Source of the DNA: Vulcanimicrobiota bacterium
Lineage (GTDB): Bacteria; Vulcanimicrobiota; Vulcanimicrobiia; Eremiobacterales; Eremiobacteraceae
Assembly (NCBI GenBank): GCA_963812135.1
Contig: CAWETU010000001.1
Coordinates: 1,120,001-1,184,000 of the forward strand
Length of the DNA stretch: 64,000 bases
Reading direction: 5' to 3'
A program made the position numbers and the translations under genes. Below the pieces are notes generated by a model. The model saw nothing but the letters and a program-made list of their open reading frames with translations. It was not told the origin of the DNA and did no database searches. Below are positions 10,451-20,372 of this stretch, piece by piece; position 1 is the first letter of the stretch, and every line of letters starts with the position of its first letter.

Positions 10451-11303
10451 GCTTGCCGAGCAACCCCTGCGGACGGAAGCCGAGCACGACGACCATCAGC
10501 GCGAAGATGAGAAACGGCGCGTATTCCGGATAGAGCAGGGTGCCGAAGCCGTTGACAAAGGCGACGATGATCGCGCCGACGAGCGCGCCCGCGACGCTCC
10601 CCAGCCCACCGACGACGACGACGACGAGTGCGAGGAGCATCATCTGGAGATCGAGTCCGGGCGCCAACGCGATGATCGGACCGCCGACGGCGCCGCCGAA
10701 CGCCGCGAGCGCGACCGACGCGGCGAACGTGAGTGCGGCGACCGAATCGGTCGGCACGCCGAGCGATGCTGCCACCTGCGGATCGCTCGTGACGGCGCGG
10801 ACGCGCGCCCCGATGGGGCTGCGCAGCACGGCCTGCACGGCGACGAACGCGACCGCGCCAAGACAGATCACGAATAATTGGTACGCCGGGTACTGTATGC
10901 TGAAGAGCGACACGAGGCCGCTCAACGCAGCGGGCGGCGATGACGAGCGGATGTCGGCGCCCCAGATCGCGCGGATCACGTCGGCGAGGATGAACGCCAA
11001 ACCGACGGTGAGCAGCACCTGATCGAGCTCGCGCCCGCGGAGCCGGCGCAGCAGCAGGCGCTCGACCAGCCACCCGAGCGTGCCGCCCAACAGCGGCGCG
11101 ACCACGAGCGATAACCAGAAATTGCCGGTCCGCTGGACGACCGTATAGCCGACATAGGCGCCGAGCATGTAGAACGTGCCGTGCGCGAGATTCGCGATGC
11201 GCCCGACGCCGTAGATCAGCGAGAAGCCGGCCGCTAAAAGGAACAACAGCATGGCGAACGCCAGGCTGTTGAGCCCTTGGAATTCAAGAAGTTGCGTCGG
11301 CAC
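10443..11303 (-). CDS. livH: ABC permease, LivH-like
   Basis: AAGFSLIYG..NLAHG.FYMLGAY, VVVVVGGLGS, FRPQGLLG. Confidence 0.88.
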   Translation of the reverse strand: MPTQLLEFQGLNSLAFAMLLFLLAAGFSLIYGVGRIANLAHGTFYMLGAYVGYTVVQRTGNFWLSLVVAPLLGGTLGWLVERLLLRRLRGRELDQVLLTVGLAFILADVIRAIWGADIRSSSPPAALSGLVSLFSIQYPAYQLFVICLGAVAFVAVQAVLRSPIGARVRAVTSDPQVAASLGVPTDSVAALTFAASVALAAFGGAVGGPIIALAPGLDLQMMLLALVVVVVGGLGSVAGALVGAIIVAFVNGFGTLLYPEYAPFLIFALMVVVLGFRPQGLLGKRG

Positions 11304-12488
11304 TCAGCCCGGGTCGCGGATGCGGCCGAGATCCGAGACGACTTTGTTGTGATCGCCCGTCGCCGTAAGCACGACCTCGCGCAGATAAACGTTTTGGATG
11401 ACGTTGTGCGTCACCGGGTCGAACTCGAACGCCCCGCGTGGGCTTGCGAAGCGCACGCTTTCGAACGCCTCGATGACCTTCTTCTTGTTGGACGTGTCGC
11501 CATCGAGCTTGTTGAGCGCTTCGACGATGGTTCGCGCGGTGTCGAAGCCGCGCATCGAATAGACGCTGGGATCCACGCCGAAACGGATCTGATAGTCCTG
11601 CACGAAGCGCTCGTTCTCCGGATTCTTCATGAGCAGCGCCCAATGCAGCGTGCTGTGCGCGCCTTCGGCCGCGTTGCCGATCGCGGCGAGCGTGTTCTCT
11701 TCGACCATGTCGCCGATGACCGCCAGCTTGATGGAGCGCGAGAGACCGAACTGTTGGAATTGGCGCAAGAAGATGGTGCCGTCGCTGCCGGCCAGGAAAC
11801 CGAACAGCACTTCGGGTTTCGCCGCCGCGATCTTCGCGATGTACGATGAGAAGTCTGGGCTGCCGAGCGGCGGATAGACCTCATCGATGACTTTGCCGCC
11901 CGCAGCAGTGAACGCGTCTTTGAATCCTGCCGCGCTTTCGCGGCCATACGCATAGTCGGCGGCGATCATGAACACTTGTTTGCTGAACTTGGTCGCGGTC
12001 CACGTGCCGAGCGGGTTAGCGAACTGCCACGCGGTGAAGCTCGTGCGGAAGATGTACGGGCTCTTGCGCGCGCGCGTCAGCGCGTTCCCGCCGGCGTTGG
12101 CGATGATGAGCGGCACCTGCGCATCGGTGACGAGATCGCGGATCGCGTATGCGGACGGCGTCGCGACGATGCCCGCGAGCAGGTCCACTTTGTCGGACTG
12201 GATGAGCTTGGTGGCTTTTGAGACTGCCACGCTTGGATCACTCGACTCGTTCTCGTTGATGATCACGATCTCGCGGCCGCCCGCCTTGTTGTGCACCTCG
12301 TCGAAATACAGCCGCATGCCTTTGCCGATCTGATCGCCCAGCTCTGCGTACACGCCGGACGACGGCAAGATCACGCCGATCTTCAGCGCATCTTTGGCGG
12401 CGGCCCTGGATGGAAAAGCTTGCGGCAGCAAGCTCAGGCCGCCGGCCGCGATGCCGGCCTTGATGAAATCGCGTCGCGTCGGGCTCAT
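11304..12488 (-). CDS. ABC substrate-binding protein (type I, Liv/aromatic-acid family) with Tat signal
   Basis: TRRDFIK twin-arginine motif; LKIGVILP.SG.YA..G; DYAYG; SPRG. Confidence 0.88.
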   Translation of the reverse strand: MSPTRRDFIKAGIAAGGLSLLPQAFPSRAAAKDALKIGVILPSSGVYAELGDQIGKGMRLYFDEVHNKAGGREIVIINENESSDPSVAVSKATKLIQSDKVDLLAGIVATPSAYAIRDLVTDAQVPLIIANAGGNALTRARKSPYIFRTSFTAWQFANPLGTWTATKFSKQVFMIAADYAYGRESAAGFKDAFTAAGGKVIDEVYPPLGSPDFSSYIAKIAAAKPEVLFGFLAGSDGTIFLRQFQQFGLSRSIKLAVIGDMVEENTLAAIGNAAEGAHSTLHWALLMKNPENERFVQDYQIRFGVDPSVYSMRGFDTARTIVEALNKLDGDTSNKKKVIEAFESVRFASPRGAFEFDPVTHNVIQNVYLREVVLTATGDHNKVVSDLGRIRDPG

Positions 12489-12593
12489 GCGAGTGTACCT
12501 CTTCCAATGAAGGGCGAGTTGAGGCCGTTCGTCGCGCTGCGTCGCGGCCCTGCGGGTCTTGTCCGGCCGTCAGCAAAGCGGGATAGCGCCTGC

Positions 12594-13238
12594 ATGCTCG
12601 ACGCCGTGCTCGACGTGCTCGCTCCTGCGCGATGCGCTGCGTGCGACGCGTATGCGCGGGGGCTGTGCGGAGATTGTCGCACGGCGATCGGCCAATCGCA
12701 CCCGGTAATACGCCGCGATATCCCCGGCGTTGAGCGTGTCGTCGCGCTCGGCGCATATGAAGGCACATTGCGGCGCGCCGTGCTCGCGCTCAAGTACGCC
12801 AACCGGCGCGACGTCGCGGCGGAGATCGCCGAACTGTACGCGCGCGCGGTCGAACCATTCGGCGAGTTGCTGGTGGCCGTGCCGCTGCATCCCGCGCGCC
12901 GGTCGAGGCGCGGCTTCAACCAAGCGGACGTGCTGGCTATGGCGCTCGAAGAAGCGTGGCGAGCGAGCCATGTCGTGCGGCCGCCCGTCGCGATTCAGAG
13001 TTCGCTGATCCGGGTGAAGGTGACCGCGCCGCAGAGCGGTCTTGCCAGCCGCGCACGAGAGGACAACGTTGCGCTGGCGTTCTCCGCGGGCTCGAATGCG
13101 GCCGCGGTCGATGGCCGCGTGGTCATCTTGGTCGATGACGTCGCGACCACGGGCGCAACGCTGCGTGCGTGCGCCCGGGTTTTGCGCGAATGCGGCGCCG
13201 CGCGCATCGCCGCGGCATGTGCTGCGGTGAAGCTTTGA
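12594..13238 (+). CDS. comF: ComF family phosphoribosyltransferase-like protein
   Basis: CxxC..CxxC N-terminus, VPLH..R..RRGFNQ, VILVDDVATTGAT. Confidence 0.88.
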   Translation: MLDAVLDVLAPARCAACDAYARGLCGDCRTAIGQSHPVIRRDIPGVERVVALGAYEGTLRRAVLALKYANRRDVAAEIAELYARAVEPFGELLVAVPLHPARRSRRGFNQADVLAMALEEAWRASHVVRPPVAIQSSLIRVKVTAPQSGLASRAREDNVALAFSAGSNAAAVDGRVVILVDDVATTGATLRACARVLRECGAARIAAACAAVKL

Positions 13239-13267
13239 GCACGGGTGAGGCTTGCCGACTTCGAGAA

Positions 13268-14497
13268 ATGCGCAGTATGTCTGATCCGGATGGTTCGCGG
13301 TTCATGCGGCGAGCGCTTACGCTCGCAGCGCGCGCGACCGGCGACACGAGTCCGAATCCACTCGTCGGTGCGGTCGTGGTGCGCGAGGGGCGCGTCGTCG
13401 GCGAGGGTTATCATCGACGCGCCGGCAGCGAACACGCGGAACGCGAAGCGCTGCGACGAGCGGGTTCGCGCGCGCGCGGCGCGACGCTCTATGTCACGCT
13501 CGAGCCGTGCGTCCATCGCGGTCGCACGCCGCCATGCGCCGACGCTATTGTCGTGGCTGGTATCGCGCGCGTCGTGGTCGCAATCGAAGATCCCGATGCG
13601 CGCGTTCGCGGACGCGGCATCCGCTTGCTGCAGCGAGCCGGCATCGACGTCGAAATCGGCGACGGCGCTGCGGCGGCGCGAGAGCAGAACCGCGCGTACA
13701 TCAAGCAGCGATCCACCGGATTGCCGTTCGTGACGCTGAAGATCGCGCAGTCGCTCGATGGTTTCGTGGCCGCGCGAAAAGGCGAACGCACGCCGATCAC
13801 CGGCGCCGCCGCTGCGCGTGAGACGCGACGCGAACGCATCGAAAACGATATCATCATGATCGGCGTCGATACCGCGATCGTCGACGATCCGCAGCTCACC
13901 GTGCGCCCGCCGCACGCGCGTGCCGTGCCCTATACCCGCGTCGTCGTCGATTCGCGCGGCAGAATCCCGTTGTCGTCGCGCCTCGTGTGCGATCAGCGCG
14001 TCGCTCGAACGATCGTCGCCACAACATCCGCGATGCCGCGCGCGGTGCGCGCCGCTCTCAAACGAAAGCGCGCGCAGGTCCTCGTCTGCAAAAACACGCG
14101 ACGCGGACGCGTCGATCTGCGCGATCTGCTCGCGAGGCTCGGAAGGCAAGGACACTTGAGCGTGCTCTGCGAAGCCGGGCCGACGCTCGCACGTGCGTTG
14201 CTCACCGCGCGCTGCGTCGACCGCATCCTTTGGTTCATCGCTCCCACGCGGCTTGACGGCACGAGGCCGGGATTCAAAGCGGTCGAGGCGCCGTCGGCTC
14301 CGCGCGCGCACATCGTCGGTGTGCGTCGCGTCGGACGCGACGTGCTCGTATCGGCGGTTCCGGAGGTGCAGCGATCTTCACCGGACTTATCTCGCACGAA
14401 GGCACGGTCGTCAGCGTCGGCTCGCAAGCAGGCGCGCGCCGGCTCGTCATCGAGAACGCGCATGTCAGCCAAAGCGAAACGCCGGGCGCAAGCATAA
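13268..14497 (+). CDS. ribD: Riboflavin biosynthesis deaminase/reductase; family-like sequence ends near 14371 and the frame runs on into ribE
   Basis: SPNPLVGAVVV, HAE, TLEPC.H.GRTPPC, SLDG, DDPQLTVR, EAG; alternative start 13277. Confidence 0.92.
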   Translation: MRSMSDPDGSRFMRRALTLAARATGDTSPNPLVGAVVVREGRVVGEGYHRRAGSEHAEREALRRAGSRARGATLYVTLEPCVHRGRTPPCADAIVVAGIARVVVAIEDPDARVRGRGIRLLQRAGIDVEIGDGAAAAREQNRAYIKQRSTGLPFVTLKIAQSLDGFVAARKGERTPITGAAAARETRRERIENDIIMIGVDTAIVDDPQLTVRPPHARAVPYTRVVVDSRGRIPLSSRLVCDQRVARTIVATTSAMPRAVRAALKRKRAQVLVCKNTRRGRVDLRDLLARLGRQGHLSVLCEAGPTLARALLTARCVDRILWFIAPTRLDGTRPGFKAVEAPSAPRAHIVGVRRVGRDVLVSAVPEVQRSSPDLSRTKARSSASARKQARAGSSSRTRMSAKAKRRAQA

Positions 14498-14973
14498 ACG
14501 TGAACGGCGTGTGCCTCACCGTTGTCCGCTCGCATAGTGGGAAACTCGAATTCGACGTCGTGCCCGAGACGTTGTCGCGCACGAATCTCGGTTCGCTCGA
14601 GCCCGGCGACGTCGTCAACCTCGAGCCGAGCCTGCGCCTCGGCGATCCGTTGGGCGGGCACATCGTCTACGGGCACGTCGACACCACGACGACGATCGAG
14701 AAGAAACTGCCCGAAGGACCAGGTTTTCGCATGTGGTGCTCAGTCCCGGCGAGCGTGAGGCCGATGATTGTAGCAAAGGGCTATGTGGCGCTCGACGGAG
14801 TGAGCCTCACGGTTGCCGAACTGAATACGAACCGGACGTCGTTCGCCGTCGCTCTCATCCCGGAGACGCTTGTGCGGACCAGATTCGGCAGCGCAGCCGA
14901 AGGCGACGTGGTGAACCTCGAAGTCGATCCGGTCGCGCGCTACGTCGCTGCGCTCCTCTCAAGCAAAGGTTAG
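14374..14973 (+). CDS. ribE: Riboflavin synthase (alpha chain), apparent ATC start
   Basis: (I)FTGLI at 14374 matches the conserved MFTG N-terminus; GGAGGT 6 nt upstream; SINVNGVCLT, NLE, GGHIVYGHVD, GVSLT, NLEVD. Confidence 0.9.
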   Translation: MFTGLISHEGTVVSVGSQAGARRLVIENAHVSQSETPGASINVNGVCLTVVRSHSGKLEFDVVPETLSRTNLGSLEPGDVVNLEPSLRLGDPLGGHIVYGHVDTTTTIEKKLPEGPGFRMWCSVPASVRPMIVAKGYVALDGVSLTVAELNTNRTSFAVALIPETLVRTRFGSAAEGDVVNLEVDPVARYVAALLSSKG

Positions 14974-14975
14974 AT

Positions 14976-16181
14976 ATGCCGCTCGCAAGCATCGAAGACG
15001 CCATCGCCGACATTCGCGCCGGCAAAATGATCGTCGTCATGGACGACGAGGATCGCGAGAACGAAGGCGACCTCACGATGGCGGCTCAGATGGTGACCGC
15101 CGATGCGATCAATTTCATGTCGAAACACGGCCGCGGTCTGATCTGCGTGCCGATCATCGGGCGGCGTCTTGACGAGTTGCACATCCCGATGATGGTGCAC
15201 GAGAACACGTCGCCGCTCGAGACCGCATTCACCGTCTCCGTCGAAGCAAAAGGCCGGACGACCACCGGCATCTCGGCACAGGACCGCGCCGCGACGATTT
15301 CGGCGCTGCTCGACCCGCGCTCCAAGCCGAGCGACTTCGTGTGTCCCGGCCACACCTTCCCGCTGCGCGCGCGCGAAGGCGGCGTGCTCGTGCGCGCCGG
15401 ACAGACCGAAGCCGGCGTCGATCTTGCGCAGCTCGCCGGTCTGTATCCCGCTGGCGTGGTGTGCGAGATCCTCGACGACGACGGGCGCATGATGCGCCGC
15501 CCGGCGCTCGAGCGTTTCTCGGCCGAACACGGGCTGAAGATGGTCACGGTGACCGACCTTATCGCCTATCGCATGCGCCACGAGAAGCTCGTGCAGCGCA
15601 TCGCGACTTTCAAAATGCCCACCCAGTTCGGCGATTTCACCGGCTACGCGTACGAATCGTCAGTCGACCACGCTTGTCACGTCGCGCTCGTCATGGGCGA
15701 GATCGGGGACGGCAAGGATGTGCCGGTGCGCGTGCACTCGGAATGCTTGACGGGCGATGCGCTCGGCAGCAAGCGGTGCGACTGCGCCGCGCAGCGCGAT
15801 GCCGCCCTTCAGATCATCGCCAAGTCTGGACGCGGCGTCTTCCTTTATCTTCACCAGGAAGGCCGAGGCATCGGGCTGGCCAACAAGCTGCGCGCCTATG
15901 AGCTCCAAGACAGCGGCGCGGATACGGTCGAGGCGAACCTCAAGCTGGGGCTGCCCGTCGACAGCCGCGAGTACGGCACCGGCTCGCAGATCCTGCACGA
16001 CCTCGGCGTGCGCGAGATGAAGATCATCACGAACAATCCGCGCAAGATCGTCGGGTTGGAAGGTTACGGCTTGAAGATGACCGGGCGCATACCGCTGATC
16101 ACCGACGGCGACGAGTACAACGCCGACTACTTGCGCGCCAAGAAAGAAAAACTCGGCCACCTCTTCGGGCCGCCCGCCTAA
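14976..16181 (+). CDS. ribBA: Bifunctional DHBP synthase / GTP cyclohydrolase II
   Basis: DDEDRENEGD, RVHSECLTGD..GS.RCDC, QEGRGIGL.NKL, TNNPRK. Confidence 0.96.
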   Translation: MPLASIEDAIADIRAGKMIVVMDDEDRENEGDLTMAAQMVTADAINFMSKHGRGLICVPIIGRRLDELHIPMMVHENTSPLETAFTVSVEAKGRTTTGISAQDRAATISALLDPRSKPSDFVCPGHTFPLRAREGGVLVRAGQTEAGVDLAQLAGLYPAGVVCEILDDDGRMMRRPALERFSAEHGLKMVTVTDLIAYRMRHEKLVQRIATFKMPTQFGDFTGYAYESSVDHACHVALVMGEIGDGKDVPVRVHSECLTGDALGSKRCDCAAQRDAALQIIAKSGRGVFLYLHQEGRGIGLANKLRAYELQDSGADTVEANLKLGLPVDSREYGTGSQILHDLGVREMKIITNNPRKIVGLEGYGLKMTGRIPLITDGDEYNADYLRAKKEKLGHLFGPPA

Positions 16182-16193
16182 ACGCCGTCCGCT

Positions 16194-16677
16194 TTGCGAT
16201 TCGCCGTCGTCAGAAGCCTCTTCAACGCGCAGGTGACCCAAGCGCTGCTCGACGGCGCCAAGCGCGGCTTTGCCGACGCCAAGATCGAGCAGGATCTGGT
16301 GGACGCCTTCGACGTCCCCGGCGCATTCGAGCTGCCCCTTGCAGCGTTGTGGCTGGCGCAGACCAAAAAGTACAACGCAGTGGTATGCCTTGGCTGTGTG
16401 ATCCGTGGGCAGACGCCGCACTTCGAGTATGTCGCGGCTGCAAGCGGCGCGCGGCATTGCAGATGTGGCGCTGCGCACCGGCATTCCGGTGATCTTCGGC
16501 GTGCTGACGACCGATACGTTGGAACAGGCGCTCGCGCGTGCCGACACAAGCGCGGGCAGCAGCGGCGGGCACGGCGCGGACGAACGGTCGACTAAAGCCG
16601 AGCGCTACAACAAAGGGTACGAGGCCGCGCAAAGCGCGATCGCCATGGCGCAACTGCGAAGGAAGTTCGACATCTGA
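16194..16677 (+). CDS. ribH: Lumazine synthase, split by a single-base insertion near 16441-16443 (probable sequencing error)
   Basis: [22 protein letters not shown] in one frame; [22 protein letters not shown] in the +1 frame. Confidence 0.9.
16585..16608 (-). repeat. Degenerate GTAG-type REP-like palindrome inside ribH
   Basis: Reverse complement GTAGCGCTCGGCTTTAGTCGACCG; lies in an extra loop between ARA and NKG. Confidence 0.62.
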
Positions 16678-19600
16678 TGGACGCGATCGACGACGCGAAG
16701 CTGCAGGCGATCCTCGCAGGCACCGCGCTCCACCTGCCGGGCGAGGGCGCCGATGACGCGCGCATCGTGCGCGCGGAGTGGATCATCGAAGCGGTGCGTC
16801 TTGGGATCGCCGTCGACATCGACAACGCGATCATCGCGGGACCGCTCGATCTCGAGGGCCGTTACATCCCGGCGCCGTTCTCGATCACCCACTCGCGCCT
16901 CGCCGGCATCTCATTGCGCGAGACGCGCTTCCTACAGCCCGCGCGCTTCGACGGAAGTGCGTTCGAAGGACGCGCGGAACTTCAAGGGCTGCGGACTGAG
17001 AGCGATGTCTCGTTCGCAGGCGCGCGCTTCAACACCGATATCGATCTGACGGGCGTCGCGGTCGGCGGCGCGCTCACGCTGACGGGTGTCGCGATCGCGG
17101 GCTCGATGACCGGCGCCGGCGCGCGATTGGTCGGCTCACTGCTCGCGACCGAGCTGAGCGTGCGCGGCGGCATCGCGCTCGATGAGCTGCAGGTCGGCGC
17201 CGATCTGATGCTCGACGGCGCGCGCGTGGACGGCGCCGCGCGTTTCCGCGAATTGTCAGTCATCCGCCATCTGAGCGCGAAGAGCGCGACTTTCAAGGGC
17301 GACCTCAGCCTCGAACGCGCGCAGGTCGGCGGGCAGCTCGACATGAGCGAGGCGACCTGCCGTGGGCGCGTGGTGTTCGCGGCGGCGCGCATCGCCGACG
17401 CGATGCTTGCCGGCGCCGCGGTCTTCGATGGCGACGTGAACTTCGACGCGGCGCAGCTGGGCGAGCTGACGCTGTCCAATATCTCGTTCCGAGGAGCCGT
17501 CTCGCTAAGAGAAGCGCGCGTCGCGCGCCGGTTCGTATGCCTTCAGACGAGTTTCGAGCGCGACGCGACCTTCATCGGGTTCGGCGCCGGCGGCGACGTC
17601 GATCTCGAAGACGCGTCGTTCAAGGGCGCGGCGCAATTCCGCGGCGTCGACATCGGCGGCGCGGTCGGCTTCGAATCCGCGAGCTTCGAGCAAGGCGCCG
17701 ACTTCTCCGAGGCACGCGTGGCCAAAGCGGCCGACTACACGCACGCGGTGTTCCGCGGCCCGGCGCTGTTCTCGAGCGCGCGCATCGGCCGGCTCGATCT
17801 CACCCGCGCGGTTTTCGAGAACGATATCGAGCTCGCCAACGTGCAAGTCGAAGGGCCCGTGTGCTTCGCGTGGACAAATTTCCGCGGCGAAGCGCATTGC
17901 CAGGGTTTGCGAGGCGGTTCCATCGCTGCCGCGCACGCGACGTTCGCGGGCTGCGCCGATCTCTCGGGCGTCGAAAGCGCGGGCGACCTCGACCTCGTTG
18001 GTGTATCCTTCGAAGGGGAGGCGCAATGCGCCAACATGTCGGTAAAGGCCGACCTCATCGCCACCGAATCGCGCTTCGCATCGGATGCGACGTTTGCCGG
18101 CGCGAAGATCGGCGGCACCGCGCGGTTCGAGCGCGCGGCGCATGGCGGGCCGGCGGTGTTCCGAGCGGTGGTGACCGGCGGCGCCTTCAACGCGGCGGGC
18201 GCGACCTTCGCGCGAGGCGTCAATCTCGGCGTGGCGCGTGTCGGCGGAGCGCTCGACTTCAGCGGAGCGCACGTGGCGGGCGAGGCGCAGTTTGGAGCGC
18301 TCACCGTGGGTGCCTTCCTGAACTGCGCCAACGCGGGGTTCGACGGCATCGCGGATCTGCGCTCGGCGCGCGTCGGAGGGACGGCAGCGTTCGTCAAGGC
18401 GGCGTTCGCCGGCAACGCGCTGCTCGACGGGCTTGAGACGCGCGGCGCGCTGGACCTGAGCGGCGCCGCGTTCCACGGCGAGTTGCGGTGCAACGACGTG
18501 ACGATCGGCGGCGCGCTGGCGGCAAGCGCGGCGATGTTTGCCGGGCCGGCGCTGTTCCATCGCGTGAGCGCCTCGCGCCGTGCGACCTTCGAGGGCGCGC
18601 GCTTCTCGCGCGGCGCCGAATTCTCAGGCGCGATCTTCGGCGAGGTGCTCATCGGCGCCACCGCCGCGTTCGGCGAGCGTGCCGACTTCGAAGGGGTGAA
18701 CGTCCGCGCGGACGTGGAGTTCGCGAACGCGACGTTTGCCGGCGATGCCCGATTCGACGCGATGCACGCCGGCGGACATGCCGATCTGTCAGGCTGCTCG
18801 TTCGGGCAGCGCGCGATCTTCGACGGCGCCGACGTTGGCGCGGATCTCTCGTTCGAGCGCGCCGCTTTCGCGGCTGAAGCGCGGTTCGTCGGCGCGCGCG
18901 TCGGCGGGCAAGCGATTTTCAGCGACGCGACGTTCGGCGCGCCGGTGGACTTGCGATGGATGCATTTCCGGCGCCTTGAGCTCGGCGAGCGAGCGACCGA
19001 GGTCGCTCGCGCTCCCAAGCCCGTCGGCCGATCCAACGGCGAGCTGGCGCAGGCGCCTGCGGCCCCCCGGTCACGCGATCGTGGGATCACGCTCGACTTG
19101 CGCGGCGGACATTTCACCGTCTTGCAATCCGCGGCGCACGCGCCGGATGAGAACGCCTTCCCCGCTAAACGCCTGGACAAGCCGGCTCGCGGTCAGTCGC
19201 AATCCGGCCGCGCGAATTCGCGCATGAGCACCGATGCGTTCTATCTGCGCCGCACGCTCGAGGGCGACGCGATCGATCCGCGACGCTATCCCGTTTTGTC
19301 GGCCGCGTTCTGGGCCGAGCTGCTGCGTTTGGTGGGCGACCGCACGGCGCGCACGATCACCGGCTATGGCGTACGGCCATGGCGTATGGCGTGGTGGCTG
19401 GTCATGCCTATTCTGCTCGCGACGCTTTTCTTCGTGGCTATTCCAGGCATGACCGTAGCGCCGCCGTCGATGAATCCGACGCCAGGCGCGTGCGACGCGC
19501 GACCGCCGGCGCTTGACGCGGCGGCGTTGAGCCTCGCTGTGTTCGCCTCGCTCGATCCAGCGCCGCTCACGGCGTGGCGCGTGTCGGCGTGCTCGATCGG

Positions 19601-19724
19601 CGGTTCGCCGGTGACATCGTGGGATGTCGCCAACTCGGAGCACATCATCGGATGGTTCTTGATCCCGCTCGCGCTGTTGACGTTCACCGGCGTGCTGCGC
19701 CGGCTCCTCGGTTATCGTTCGTAG
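16677..19724 (+). CDS. Large pentapeptide-repeat protein with C-terminal membrane domain
   Basis: About 700 aa of A.F.G.A.F-type repeats, then GYGVRPWR and 2-3 hydrophobic segments; TGATG overlap with ribH. Confidence 0.8.
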   Translation: MDAIDDAKLQAILAGTALHLPGEGADDARIVRAEWIIEAVRLGIAVDIDNAIIAGPLDLEGRYIPAPFSITHSRLAGISLRETRFLQPARFDGSAFEGRAELQGLRTESDVSFAGARFNTDIDLTGVAVGGALTLTGVAIAGSMTGAGARLVGSLLATELSVRGGIALDELQVGADLMLDGARVDGAARFRELSVIRHLSAKSATFKGDLSLERAQVGGQLDMSEATCRGRVVFAAARIADAMLAGAAVFDGDVNFDAAQLGELTLSNISFRGAVSLREARVARRFVCLQTSFERDATFIGFGAGGDVDLEDASFKGAAQFRGVDIGGAVGFESASFEQGADFSEARVAKAADYTHAVFRGPALFSSARIGRLDLTRAVFENDIELANVQVEGPVCFAWTNFRGEAHCQGLRGGSIAAAHATFAGCADLSGVESAGDLDLVGVSFEGEAQCANMSVKADLIATESRFASDATFAGAKIGGTARFERAAHGGPAVFRAVVTGGAFNAAGATFARGVNLGVARVGGALDFSGAHVAGEAQFGALTVGAFLNCANAGFDGIADLRSARVGGTAAFVKAAFAGNALLDGLETRGALDLSGAAFHGELRCNDVTIGGALAASAAMFAGPALFHRVSASRRATFEGARFSRGAEFSGAIFGEVLIGATAAFGERADFEGVNVRADVEFANATFAGDARFDAMHAGGHADLSGCSFGQRAIFDGADVGADLSFERAAFAAEARFVGARVGGQAIFSDATFGAPVDLRWMHFRRLELGERATEVARAPKPVGRSNGELAQAPAAPRSRDRGITLDLRGGHFTVLQSAAHAPDENAFPAKRLDKPARGQSQSGRANSRMSTDAFYLRRTLEGDAIDPRRYPVLSAAFWAELLRLVGDRTARTITGYGVRPWRMAWWLVMPILLATLFFVAIPGMTVAPPSMNPTPGACDARPPALDAAALSLAVFASLDPAPLTAWRVSACSIGGSPVTSWDVANSEHIIGWFLIPLALLTFTGVLRRLLGYRS

Positions 19725-19730
19725 CGCGTC

Positions 19731-20372
19731 TTAGATAAGGCCCCGGCGCAAGGCGATCACCGCGGCGTGGGTCCGATCCGACGCTGACAGTTTCTCCATA
19801 AGATCGCGGATGTGTCCCTTGACCGTGCCTAACCCGATGCCGAGCTGTTGCGCGATGTCGGCATTGCTCGTGCCGCCCGCGATCAGCTGGAGTATCTCGG
19901 TCTCTCGCGGCGACAGCGGCGAGCCGGCCGCCGATGCGGCCACTTCAGGGTGATTGAACGCGCGCAGCACGACGTGCGCGATGCCGGGATCGAAATACGC
20001 GCCGCCCGACGCGGCGGCTTTCACCGCATCGACGATGCGTTCCGGATCGGCCGACTTGAGGCAGTACGCGTCCGCGCCGGCCGCGAGCGTCGCGATGACC
20101 TCATCTTCCATATCGTGCATCGTGAGGATCAGCACTTTCGTCTTCGGCAGATCGCGCCGGATGCGGCGCGTCAGCTCGATGCCGTCGATGCCGGGCAGAC
20201 CGATGTCGACGACCGCCACATCGGGTTTGAGACGCAGCGCTTCTTCTAGTCCAGCTTCGCCGTCGCTCGCCTCGCCGACGACTTCGAGCGATGCGTTGCA
20301 ATCCAACGCGGTACGCAATCCCGTGCGCGTCAGCGCGTGGTCTTCGACGATGAGAACCTTGATCTTAGCCAT
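19731..20372 (-). CDS. NarL/LuxR family response regulator
   Basis: VLIVEDH, VVDIGLPGIDG receiver; LSPRETEILQL..G.SN..IA..L....TVK.H HTH. Confidence 0.93.
   Translation of the reverse strand: MAKIKVLIVEDHALTRTGLRTALDCNASLEVVGEASDGEAGLEEALRLKPDVAVVDIGLPGIDGIELTRRIRRDLPKTKVLILTMHDMEDEVIATLAAGADAYCLKSADPERIVDAVKAAASGGAYFDPGIAHVVLRAFNHPEVAASAAGSPLSPRETEILQLIAGGTSNADIAQQLGIGLGTVKGHIRDLMEKLSASDRTHAAVIALRRGLI

Noticed and set aside
13239..13277. FMN riboswitch before the rib genes
   Set aside because: Gap is under 40 nt and has no RFN-like motifs
16559..16582. Possible decayed forward REP partner in ribH
   Set aside because: Only roughly 60% identity to the repeat with no stem; not counted
19210..19223. 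Perfect palindrome GCGCGAATTCGCGC in the pentapeptide protein linker
   Set aside because: Single occurrence, no GTAG end; such palindromes are common in CG-rich DNA
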